From assembly GCA_964016885.1 (NCBI GenBank), contig OZ024741.1, positions 224,812,001 through 224,876,000 on the forward strand: DNA of 64,000 nucleotides, given 5' to 3'. The notes under the pieces are model-generated. The model was given only the letters and a program-made list of their open reading frames with translations. It was not told the origin of the DNA and made no database searches. Shown piece after piece: positions 15,001-27,000 of the stretch. Within the stretch, counting starts at the first letter, position 1. Each line of letters starts with the position of its first letter. Made by a program: the position numbers and the translations under genes. This DNA is from Eledone cirrhosa. Lineage: Eukaryota.

Positions 15001-18000
15001 TTGATTGGTTGGGGTTTGTGGTGGTTAGTATTGTTGTTGTTGATTGGTTGGGGTTTGTGGTGGTTAGTATTGTTGTTGTTGATTAGTTGGGGTTTGTGTT
15101 GGTTAGTATTGTTGTTGTTGATTGGTTGTGGTTTGTGGTGGTTAGTATCGTTGTTGTTGATTAGTTGGGGTTTGTGGTGGTTAGTATTGTTGTTGTTGAT
15201 TGGTTGGGGTTTGTGGTGGTTAGTATTGTTGTTGTTGATTGGTTGGGGTTGGAGGTGGTTAGTATTGTTGCTGTTGATTGGTTGGGGTTTGTGGTGGTTG
15301 TTATTGTTGTTGTTGATTGGTAGGGGTTTGTGGTGGTTAGTATTGTTGTTGTTGATTAGTTAGGGTTTGTGGTGGTTAGTATTGTTGTTGGTAATTGGTT
15401 GGGGTTTGTGGTGGTTAGTATTGTTGTTGATTGGTTGGGGTTTGTGGTGGTTAGTATAGTTGTTGATTGGTTGGTTGGGGTTTGTGGTGGTTAGTATTGT
15501 TATTGATTGGTTGGTTGGGGTTTGTGGTGGTTAGTATTGTTTTTGTTGATTGGTTGGGGTTTGTGGTGGTTAGTATTGTTGTTGTTGATTAGTTGGGGTT
15601 TGTGGTGGTTGATATAGTTGTTGATTGGTTAGTTGGGTTTTGTGGTGGTTAGTATTGTGGTTGATTGGTTGGTTAGGGTTTGTGGTGGTTAGTATTGTTG
15701 TTGTTGAATGTTTGGGTTGGTGGTGGTTAGTATTGTTGTCGATTGGTTGGTTGGGATTTGTGGTGGTTAGTATTGTTGTTGTTGATTGGTTGGGTTGGTG
15801 GTGGTTACTATTGTTGTTGTTGATTGGTTGGGGTTTATGGTGGTGAGTATTGTTGTTGATTGGTTGGTTGGGGTTTGTGGTGGTTAGTATCGTTGTTGAT
15901 TGGTTGGGGTTGGTGGTAGTTAGTATTGTTGTTGTTGATTGGTTGGTGTTGGTGATGGTTACTATTGTTGTTGATTGGTCGGTTGCGGTTTGTGGTGGTT
16001 AGTATTTTTGTTGTTGATTAGTTGGGGTTTGTGTTGGTTAGTATTGTTGTTGTTGATTGGTTGTGGTTGGTGGTGGTTAGTACTGTTGTCATTGATTGTT
16101 TGGGGTTTGTGGTAGTTAGTATTGTTGTTGTTGATTGGTTGGGCTTGTGGTGGTTAGAATTGTTGTTGATTGGTTGGGGTTTGAGGTGGTTAGTTTTGTT
16201 GTTGTTTGGTTGGGGTTTGTGGTGGTTAGTATTGTTGTTGTTGATTGGTTGGGGTTTGTGGTGGTTAGTATTGTTGTCGTTGATTGGTTGGGGTTTGTGG
16301 TGGTTAGTATTGTTGTTGTTGATTGGTTGGTGTTGGTGGTTGTTACTATTGTCGTTGATTGGTTGGTTGCGGTTTGTGGTGGTTAGTATTGTTGTTGTTG
16401 ATTGGTTCGGGTTTGTGGTGGTTAGAATTGTTGTTGTTGATTGGTTGGGGTTTGTGCTGGTTAGTATTGTTGTTGTTGATTGGTTGGGGTTTGTGGTAGT
16501 TAGTATTGTTGCTGATTGGTTGGGGTTTGTGGGAGTTAGTATTGTTGTTGTTGATTGGTTCGGGTTTGTGGAGGTTAGTATTGTTGTTGATTGGTTGGGG
16601 TTTGTGGTGTTTAGTATTGTTGTTGTTGATTGGTTGGGCTTGGTAGTGGTTAGTATTGTTGTTGTCGATTGGTTGGGGTTTGTGGTTATTAGTATTGTTG
16701 TTGTTGATTGGTTGGGTTTTGTGGTGGTTAGTATTGTTTTTGTTGATTAGTTGGGGTTTGTGGTGGTTAGTATTGTTGTTGTTGATTGGTTGGGGTTTGT
16801 GGTGGTTAGTATTGTTGTTGATTTGTTGGGGTTTGTGGTGGTTAGTATTGTTGTAATTGATTGGTTGGGGTTTTTGGTGGTTAGTATTGTTGTTGTTGAT
16901 TAGTTGGGGTTTGGGGTGGTTAGTATTGTTGTTGTTGATTGGTTGGGGTTTGTGGTGGTTAGTATTGTTGTTGTTGATTAGTTGGGGTTTGTGGTGGTTA
17001 GTATTGTTGTTGTTGATTGGTTGGGGTTTGTGGTGGTTAGTATTGGTGTTGTTGATTGGTTGGGGTTGGAGGTGGTTAGTATTATTGTTGTTGATTGGTT
17101 GGGGTTTGTGGTGGTTAGTATTGTTGTTGTTGATTGGTTGGTGTTTGTGGTGGTTAGTATTGTTGTTGTTGATTAGTTGGGGTTTGTGGTGGTTACTATT
17201 GTTGTTGGTGATTGGGTGGGGTTTGTGGTGGTTAGTATTGTTGTTGTTGATTGGTTGGGGTTTCTGGTGGTTAGTATTGTTGTTGTTGATTGGTTGGGGT
17301 CTGTGGTGGTTAGTATTGTTGTTGTTGATTGGTTGGGTTTTGTGGTGGTTAGTATTGTTGTTGTAGATTGGTTGGTGTTTGTGGTGATTAGTATTGTTGT
17401 TGTTGATTGGTTGGGTTGGTGGTGGTTAGTATTGTTGTTGTTGATTAGTTGGGGTTTGTGGTGGTTAGTATAGTTGTTGATTGGTTGGTTGGGGGTTTTG
17501 GTGGTTAGTATTGTTGTTGATTGGCTGGTTGGGGTTTGTGGTGGTTAGTATTGTTGGTGTTGATTGGTTGGCGTTTGTGGTGGTTAGTATTGTTGTCGTT
17601 GATTAGTTGGGGTTTGTGGTGGTTAGTATAGTTGTTGATTGGTTGGTTGGGGTTTGTGGTGGTTAGTATTGTTGTTGATTGGTTGGTTAGGGTTTGTGGT
17701 GGTTAGTACTGTTGTTGTTGAATGTTTGGGTTGGTGGTGGTTAGTATTGTTGTCGATTGGTTGGTTGGGATTTGTGGTGGTTAGTATTGTTGTTGTTGAT
17801 TGGTTGGGTTGGTGGTGGTTAGTATTGTTGTTGTTGATTGGTTGGGGTTTATGGTGGTTAGTATTGTTGTTGATTGGTTGGGTTTGGTGGTAGTCAGTAT
17901 TGTTGTTATTGATTGGTTGGTGTTGGTGGTGGTTACTATTGTTGTTGATTGGTTGGTTGCGGTTTGTGGTGGTTAGTATTGTTGTTGTTGATTAGTTGGG

Positions 18001-21000
18001 GTTTGTGTTGGTTAGTATTGTTGTTGTTGATTGGTTGTGGTTGGTGGTGGTTAGTATTGTTGTCATTGATTGTTTGGGGTTTGTGGTGGTTAGTATTGTT
18101 GTTGTTGATTGGTTGGGCTTGTGGTGGTTAGTATTGTTGTTGTTGATTGGTTGGTGTTTGTGGTGGTTAGTATTGTTGTTGATTGGTTGGGGTTTGTGCT
18201 GGTTAGAATTGTTGTTGATTGGTTGGGGTTTGAGGTGGTTAGTATTGTTGTTGTTTGGTTGGGGTTTGTGGTGGTTAGTATTGTTGTTGTTGATTGGCTG
18301 GGGTTTGTGGTGGTTAGTATTTTTGTTGTTGATTGGTTGGGGTTTGTGGTGGTTAGTATCGTTGTTGTTGATTGGTTGGGGTTTCTGGTGGTTAGTATTG
18401 TTGTTGTTGATTGGTTGAGGTTTGTGGGAGTTAGTATTGTTGTTGTTGATTGGTTCGGGTTTGTGGAGGTTAGTATTGTTGCTGATTGGTTGGGGTTTGT
18501 GGGTGTTAGTATTGTTGTTGTTGATTGGGGTTTGTGGTGGTTAGTATTGTTGTTGTTGATTGGTTGGGTTTTGTGGTGGTTAGTATTGTTGTTGTTGATT
18601 GGTTGGGGTTTGTGTTCATTAGTATTGTTGTTGTTGATTGGTTGGGTTGGTGGTGGTTAGTATTGTTGTTGTTGATTGGTTGGGGTTTGTGGTGGTTAGT
18701 ATTGTTGCTGTTGATTGGTTGGGGTTTGTGGTGGTTAGTATTGTTGTTGTTGATTAGTTGGGGTTTGTGGTGGTTAGTATTGTTGTTGATTGGTTGGGAA
18801 TTGTGGTGGATAGTATTGTTGTTGTTGATTGGTTGGGGTTTGTGGTGGTTAGTATTATTGTTGTTGATTAGTTGGGGTTTGTCGTGGTTAGTATTGTTGT
18901 TGGTGATTGGGTGGGGTTTGTGGTGGTTAGTATTGATGTTGTTGATTGGTTGGGGTTGGTAGTGGTTAGTATTGTTGTTGTTGATTGGTTGGGGTTTGTG
19001 GTTATTAGTATCGTTGTTGTTGATTGGTTGGGGTTTGTGGTGGTTAGTATTGTTGTTGTTGATTAGTTGGAGTTTGTGGTGGTTAGTATTGTTGTTGTTG
19101 ATTGGTTGGAGTTTCTGGTGGTTAGTACTGTTGTTGTTGATTGGTTGGGGTTTGTGGTGGTTAGTATTGTTGTTGTTGATTGGTTGGGTTTTGTGGTGCT
19201 TAGTATTGTTGTTGTTGATTGGTTGGGGTTTGTGGTGATTAGTATTGTTGTTGTTGATTGGTTGGGTTGGTGGTGGTTAGTATTGTTGTTGTTGATTAGT
19301 TGGGGTTTGTGGTGGTTAGTATAGTTGTTGATTGGTTGGTTGGGGTTTGTGGTGGTTAGTATTGTTGTTGATTGGTTGGTTGGGGTTTGTGGTGGTTAGT
19401 ATTGTTGTTGTTCATTGGTTGGGGTTTGTGGTGGTTAGTATTGTTGTTGTTGATTAGTTGGGGTTTGTGTTTGTTAGTATTGTTGTTGTTGATTGGTTGG
19501 GGTTGGTGGTGGTTAGTATTGTTGTCGTTTATTGGTTGGGATTTTTGGTGGTTAGTATTGTTGTTATTGATTGGTTGGGCTTGTGGTGGTTAGTATTGTT
19601 GTTGTTGATTGGTTGGGGTTTTGGGTGGTTAGTATTGTTGTTGATTGGTTGGGGTTTGTGGTGGTTAGAATTGTTGTTGATTGGTTGGGGTTTGTGGTGG
19701 TTAGTATTGTTGTTGATTGGTTGGGGTTTGTGGTGGTTAGTATTGTTGTTGTTGATTGGTTGGGGTTTGTGGTGGTTAGTATTGTTGCTGTTGATTAGTT
19801 GGGGTTTGTGGTGGCTAGTATTGTTGTTGTTGATTGGTTGTGGTTTGTGGTGGTTAGTATCGTTGTTGTTGATTAGTTGGGGTTTGTGGTGGTTAGTATT
19901 GTTGTTGTTGATTAGTTGGGGTTTGTGGTGGTTAGTATAGTTGTTGATTGGTTGGTTGGGGTTTGTGGTGGTTAGTATTGTTGTTGTTGATTAGTTGGGG
20001 TTTGTGTTGGTTAGTATTGTTGTTGTTGATTGGTTGGGGTTGGTGGTGGTTAGTATTGTTGTCGTTTATTGGTTGGGATTTTTGGTGGTTAGTATTGTTG
20101 TTGTTGATTGGTTGGGCTTGTGGTGGTTAGTATTGTTGTTGTTGATTGCTTGGGGTTTTGGGTGGTTAGTATTGTTGTTGATTGGTTGGGGTTTGTGGTG
20201 GTTAGAATTGTTGTTGATTGGTTGGGGTTTGTGGTGGTTAGTATTGTTGTTGATTGGTTGTGGTTTGTGGTGGTTAGTATTGTTGTTGTTGATTGGTTGA
20301 GGTTTGTGGTGGTTAGTATTGTTGTTGTTGATTAGTTGGGGTTTGTGGTGGTTAGTATTGTTGTTGTTGATTGGTTGTGGTTTGTGGTGGTTAGTATCAT
20401 TGTTGTTGATTAGTTGGGGTTTGTGGTGGTTAGTATTGTTGTTGTTGATTGGTTGGGGTTTGTGGTGGTTAGTATTGTTGTTGTTGATTGGTTGGGGTTG
20501 GAGGTGGTTAGTATTGTTGTTGTTGATTGGTTGGGGTTTGTGGTGGTTGTTATTGTTGTTGTTGATTGGTTGGGGTTTGTGGTGGTTAGTATTGTTGTTG
20601 TTGATTAATTAGGGTTTGTGGTGGTTAGTAATGTTGTTGGTAATTGGTTGGGGTTTGTGGTGGTTAGTATTGTTGTTGATTGGTTTGGGTTTGTGGTGGT
20701 TAGTATTGTTGTTGTTGATTAGTTGGGGTTTGTGGTGGTTAGTATAGTTGTTGATTGGTTGGTTGGGGTTTGTGGTGGTTAGTATTGTTATTGATTGGTT
20801 GGTTGGGGTTTGTGGTGGTTAGTATTGTTGTTGTTGATTGGTTGGGGTTTGTGGTGGTTAGTATTGTTGTTGTTGATTAGTTGGGGTTTGTGGTGGTTGG
20901 TATAGTTGTTGATTGGTTGGTTGGGTTTTGTGGTGGTTAGTATTGTTGTCGATTGGTTGGTTGGGATTTGTGGTGGTTAGTATTGTTGTTGTTGATTGGT

Positions 21001-24000
21001 TGGGTTGGTGGTGGTTACTATTGTTGTTGTTGATTGGTTGGGGTTTATGGTGGTGAGTATTGTTGTTGATTGGTTGGTTGGGGTTTGTGGTGGTTAGTAT
21101 CGTTGTTGATTGGTTGGGGTTGGTGGTAGTTAGTATTGTTGTTGTTGATTGGTTGGTGTTGGTGATGGTTACTATTGTTGTTGATTGGTTGGTTGCGGTT
21201 TGTGGTGGTTAGTATTTTTGTTGTTGATTAGTTGGGGTTTGTGTTGGTTAGTATTGTTGTTGTTGATTGGTTGTGGTTGGTGGTGGTTAGTACTGTTGTC
21301 ATTGATTGTTTGGGGTTTGTGGTAGTTAGTATTGTTGTTGTTGATTGGTTGGGCTTGTGGTGGTTAGAATTGTTGTTGATTGGTTCGGGTTTGAGGTGGT
21401 TAGTTTTGTTGTTGTTTGGTTGGGGTTTGTGGTGGTTAGTATTGTTATTGTTGATTGGTTGGCGTTTGTGGTGGTTAGTATTGTTGTCGTTGATTGGTTG
21501 GGGTTTGTGGTGGTTAGTATTGTTGTTGTTGATTGGTTGGTGTTGGTGGTTGTTACTATTGTCGTTGATTGGTTGGTTGCGGTTTGTGGTGGTTAGTATT
21601 GTTGTTGTTGATTTGTTGGGGTTTGTGGTGGTTAGTATTGTTGTTGTTGATTGGTTCGGGTTTGTGGTGGTTAGAATTGTTGTTGTTGATTGGTTGGGGT
21701 TTGTGCTGGTTAGTATTGTTGTTGTTGATTGGTTGGGGTTTGTGGTAGTTAGTATTGTTGCTGATTGGTTGGGGTTTGTGGGAGTTAGTATTGTTGTTGT
21801 TGATTGGTTCGGGTTTGTGGAGGTTAGTATTGTTGTTGATTGGTTGGGGTTTGTGGTGTTTAGTATTGTTGTTGTTGATTGGTTGGGCTTGGTAGTGGTT
21901 AGTATTGTTGTTGTCGATTGGTTGGGGTTTGTGGTTATTAGTATTGTTGTTGTTGATTGGTTGGGTTTTGTGGTGGTTAGTATTGTTGTTGTTGATTGGT
22001 TGGGGTTTGTGGTGGTTAGTATTGTTGTTGATTGGTTGGGGTTTGTGGTGGTTAGTATTGTTGTAATTGATTGGTTGGTGTTTTTGGTGGTTAGTATTGT
22101 TGTTGTTGATTAGTTGGGGTTTGGGGTGGTTAGTATTGTTGTTGTTGATTGGTTGGGGTTTGTGGTGGTTAGTATTGTTGTTGTTGATTATTTGGGGTTT
22201 GTGGTGGTTAGTATTGTTGTTGTTGATTGGTTGGGGTTTGTGGTGGTTAGTATTGTTGTTGTTGATTGGTTGGGGTTGGATGTGGTTAGTATTATTGTTG
22301 TTGATTGGTTGGGGTTTGTGGTGGTTAGTATTGTTGTTGTTGATTGGTTGGTGTTTGTGGTGGTTAGTATTGTTGTTGTTGATTAGTTGGGGTTTGTGGT
22401 GGTTACTATTGTTGTTGGTGATTGGGTGGGGTTTGTGGTGGTTAGTATTGTTGTTGTTGATTGGTTGGGGTTTCTGGTGGTTAGTATTGTTGTTGTTGAT
22501 TGGTTGGGGTCTGTGGTGGTTAGTATTGTTGTTGTTGATTGGTTGGGTTTTGTGGTGGTTAGTATTGTTGTTGTAGATTGGTTGGGGTTTGTGGTGGTTA
22601 GTATTGTTGTTGTCGATTAGTTGGGGTTTGTGGTGGTTAGTATAGTTGTTGTTGATTGGTTGGGTTTTGTGGTGGTTAGTATTGTTGTTGTAGATTAGTT
22701 GGGGTTTGTGGTGGTTAGTATAGTTGTTGCTTGGTTGGTTGGGGGTTTTGGTGGTTAGTATTGTTGTTGATTGGTTGGTTGGGGTTTGTGGTGGTTAGTA
22801 TTGTTGGTGTTGATTGGTTGGCGTTTGTGGTGGTTAGTATTGTTGTCGTTGATTAGTTGGGGTTTGTGGTGGTTAGTATAGTTGTTGATTGGTTGGTTGG
22901 GGTTTGTGGTGGTTAGTATTGTTGTTGATTGGTTGGTTAGGGTTTCTGGTGGTTAGTACTGTTGTTGTTGAATGTTTGGGTTGGTGGTGGTTAGTATTGT
23001 TGTCGATTGGTTGGTTGGGATTTGTGGTGGTTACTATTGTTGTTGTTGATTGGTTGGGTTGGTGGTGGTTAGTATTGTTGTTGTTGATTGGTTGGGGTTT
23101 ATGGTGGTTAGTATTGTTGTTGATTGGTTGGGTTTGGTGGTAGTCAGTATTGTTGTTATTGATTAGTTGGTGTTGGTGGTGGTTAATATTGTTGTTGATT
23201 GGTTGGTTGCGGTTTGTGGTGGTTAGTTTTGTTGTTGTTGATTAGTTGGGGTTTGTGTTGGTTAGTATTGTTGTTGTTGATTGGTTGTGGTTGGTGGTGG
23301 TTAGTATTGTTGTCATTGATTGTTTGGGGTTTGTGGTGGTTAGTATTGTTGTTGTTGATTGGTTGGGCTTGTGGTGGTTAGTATTGTTGTTGTTGATTGG
23401 TTGGTGTTTGTGGTGGTTAGTATTGTTGTTGATTGGTTGGGGTTTGTGCTGGTTAGAATTGTTGTTGATTGGTTGGGGTTTGAGGTGGTTAGTATTGTTG
23501 TTGTTTGGTTGGGGTTTGTGGTGGTTAGTATTGTTGTTGTTGATATGCTGGGGTTTGTGGTGGTTAGTATTTTTGTTGTTGATTGGTTGGGGTTTGTGGT
23601 GGTTAGTATCGTTGTTGTTGATTGGTTGGGGTTTCTGGTGGTTAGTATTGTTGTTGTTGATTAGTTGGGGTTTGTGGTGGTTAGTATTGTTGTTGTTGAT
23701 TGGTTGGGGTTTGTGGTGGTTAGTATTGTTATCGTTGATTGGTTCGGGTTTGTGGTGGTTAGGATTGTTGTTGTTGATTGGTTGGGGTTTGTGCTGGTTA
23801 GTATTGTTGTTGTTGATTGGTTCGGGTTTGTGGTGGTTAGTATTGTTGCAGATTGGTTGGGGTTTGTGGGAGTTAGTATTGTTGTTGTTGATTGGTTCGG
23901 GTTTGTGGAGGTTAGTATTGTTGCTGATTGGTTGGGGTTTGTGGGTGTTAGTATTGTTGTTGTTGATTGGGGTTTGTGGTGGTTAGTATTGTTGTTGTTG

Positions 24001-27000
24001 ATTGGTTGGGTTTTGTGGTGGTTAGTATTGTTGTTGTTGATTGGTTGGGGTTTGTGTTCATTAGTATTGTTGTTGTTGATTGGTTGGGTTGGTGGTGGTT
24101 AGTATTGTTGTTGTTGATTGGTTGGGGTTTGTGGTGGTTAGTATTGTTGCTGTTGATTGGTTGGGGTTTGTGGTGGTTAGTATTGTTGTTGTTGATTAGT
24201 TGGGGTTTGTGGTGGTTAGTATTGTTGTTGATTGGTTGGGATTTGTGGTGGATAGTATTGTTGTTGTTGATTGGTTGGGGTTTGTGGTTATTAGTATCGT
24301 TGTTGTTGATTGGTTGGGGTTTGTGGTGGTTAGTATTGTTGTTGTTGATTAGTTGGAGTTTGTGGTGGTTAGTATTGTTGTTGTTGATTGGTTGGGGTTT
24401 CTGGTGGTTAGTATTGTTGTTGTTGATTGGTTGGGGTTTGTGGTGGTTAGTATTGTTGTTGTTGATTGGTTGGGTTTTGTGGTGCTTAGTATTGTTGTTG
24501 TTGATTGGTTGGGGTTTGTGGTGATTAGTATTGTTGTTGTTGATTGGTATGGTTGGTGGTGGTTAGTATTGTTGTTGTTGATTAGTTGGGGTTTGTGGTG
24601 GTTAGTATAGTTGTTGATTGGTTGGTTGGGGTTTGTGGTGGTTAGTATTGTTGTTGATTGGTTGGTTGGGGTTTGTGGTGGTTAGTATTGTTGTTGTTCA
24701 TTGGTTGGGGTTTGTGGTGGTTAGTATTGTTGTTGTTGATTAGTTGGGGTTTGTGTTTGTTAGTATTGTTGTTGTTGATTGGTTGGGGTTGGTGGTGGTT
24801 AGTATTGTTGTCGTTTATTGGTTGGGATTTTTGGTGGTTAGTATTGTTGTTGTTGATTGGTTGGGCTTGTGGTGGTTAGTATTGTTGTTGTTGATTGGTT
24901 GGGGTTTTGGGTGGTTAGTATTGTTGTTGATTGGTTGGGGTTTGTGGTGGTTAGAATTGCTGTTGATTGGTTGGGGTTTGTGGTGGTTAGTATTGTTGTT
25001 GATTGGTTGGGGTTTGTGGTGGTTAGTATTGTTGTTGTTGATTGGTTGGGGTTTGTGGTGGTTAGTATTGTTGCTGTTGATTAGTTGGGGTTTGTGGTGG
25101 CTAGTATTGTTGTTGTTGATTGGTTGTGGTTTGTGGTGGTTAGTATCGTTGTTGTTGATTAGTTGGGGTTTGTGGTGGTTAGTATTGTTGTTGTTGATTG
25201 GTTGGGGTTTGTGGTGGTTAGTATTGTTGTTGTTGATTGGTTGGGGTTGGAGGTGGTTAGTATTGTTGTTGTTGATTGGTTGGGGTTTGTGGTGGTTATT
25301 ATTGTTGTTGTTGATTGGTTGGGGTTTGTGGTGGTTAGTATTGTTGTTGTTGATTAGTTAGGGTTTGTGGTTGTTAGTATTGTTGTTGGTAATTGGTTGG
25401 GGTTTGTGGTGGTTAGTATTGTTGTTGATTGGTTGGGGTTTGTGGTGGTTAGTATTGTTGTTGTTGATTAGTTGGTGTTTGTGGTGGTTAGTATAGTTGT
25501 TGATTGGTTAGTTGGGGTTTGTGGTGGTTAGTATTGTTATTGATTGGTTGGTTGGGGTTTGTGGTGGTTAGTATTGTTGTTGTTGATTGGTTGGGGTTTG
25601 TGGTGGTTAGTATTGTTGTTGTTGATTAGTTGGGGTTTGTGGTGGTTGGTATAGTTGTTGATTGGTTGGTTGGGTTTTGTGGTGGTTAGTATTGTTGTTG
25701 ATTGGTTGGTTAGGGTTTGTGGTGGTTAGTATTGTTGCTGTTGAATGTTTGGGTTGGTGGTGGTTAGTATTGTTGTCGATTGGTTGGTTGGGATTTGTGG
25801 TGGTTAGTATTGTTGTTGTTGATTGGTTGGTTTGGTGGTGGTTACTATTGTTGTTGTTGATTGGTTGGGGTTTATGGTGGTTAGTATTGTTGTTGATTGG
25901 TTGGTTGGGGTTTGTGGTGGTTAGTATCGTTGTTGATTGGTTGGGGTTGGTGGCAGTTAGTATTGTTGTTGTTGATTGGTTGGTGTTGGTGATGGTTACT
26001 ATTGTTGTTGATTGGTTGGTTGCGGTTTGTGGTGGTTAGTATTTTTGTTGTTGATTAGTTGGGGTTTGTGTTGGTTAGTATTGTTGTTGTTGATTGGTTG
26101 TGGTTGGTGGTGGTTAGTATTGTTGTCATTGATTGTTTGGGGTTTGTGGTGGTTAGTATTGTTTTTGTTGATTGGTTGGGCTTGTGGTGGTTAGAATTGT
26201 TGTTGATTGGTTGGGGTTTGAGGTGGTTAGTATTGTTGTTGTTTGGTTGGGGTTTGTGGTGGTTAGTATTGTTGTTGTTGATTGGTTGTGGTTTGTGGTG
26301 GTTAGTAGTGTTGTTGTTGATTGGTTGGGGTTTGTGGTGGTTAGTATTGTTGTTGTTGATTGGTTGGTGTTGGTGGTTGTTACTATTGTCGTTGATTGGT
26401 TGGTTGCGGTTTGTGGTGGTTAGTATTGTTGTTGTTGATTTGTTGGGGTTTGTGGTGGTTAGTATTGTTTTTGTTGATTGGTTCGGGTTTGTGGTGGTTA
26501 GAATTGTTGTTGTTGATTGGTTGGGGTTTGTGCTGGTTAGTATTGTTGTTGTTGATTGGTTGGGGTTTGTGGTGGTTAGTATTGTTGCTGATTGGTTGGG
26601 GTTTGTGGTGTTTAGTATTGTTGTTGTTGATTGGTTGGGCTTGGTAGTGGTTAGTATTGTTGTTGTCGATTGGTTGGGGTTTGTGGTTATTAGTATTGTT
26701 GTTGTTGATTGGTTGGGTTGGTGGTGGTTAGTATTGTTGTTGTTGATTAGTTGGGGTTTGTGGTGGTTAGTATAGTTGTTGATTGGTTGGTTGGGGTTTG
26801 TGGTGGTTAGTATTGTTGTTGTTGATTGGTTGGGGTTTGTGGTGGTTAGTATTGTTGTTGTTGATTAGTTGGGGTTTGTGGTGGTTAGTATTGTTGTTGT
26901 TGATTGGTTGGGGTTGGAGGTGGTTAGTATTGTTGTTGTTGATTGGTTGGGGTTGGTGGTGGTTAGTATTGTTGTCGTTTATTGTTTGGGATTTTTGGTG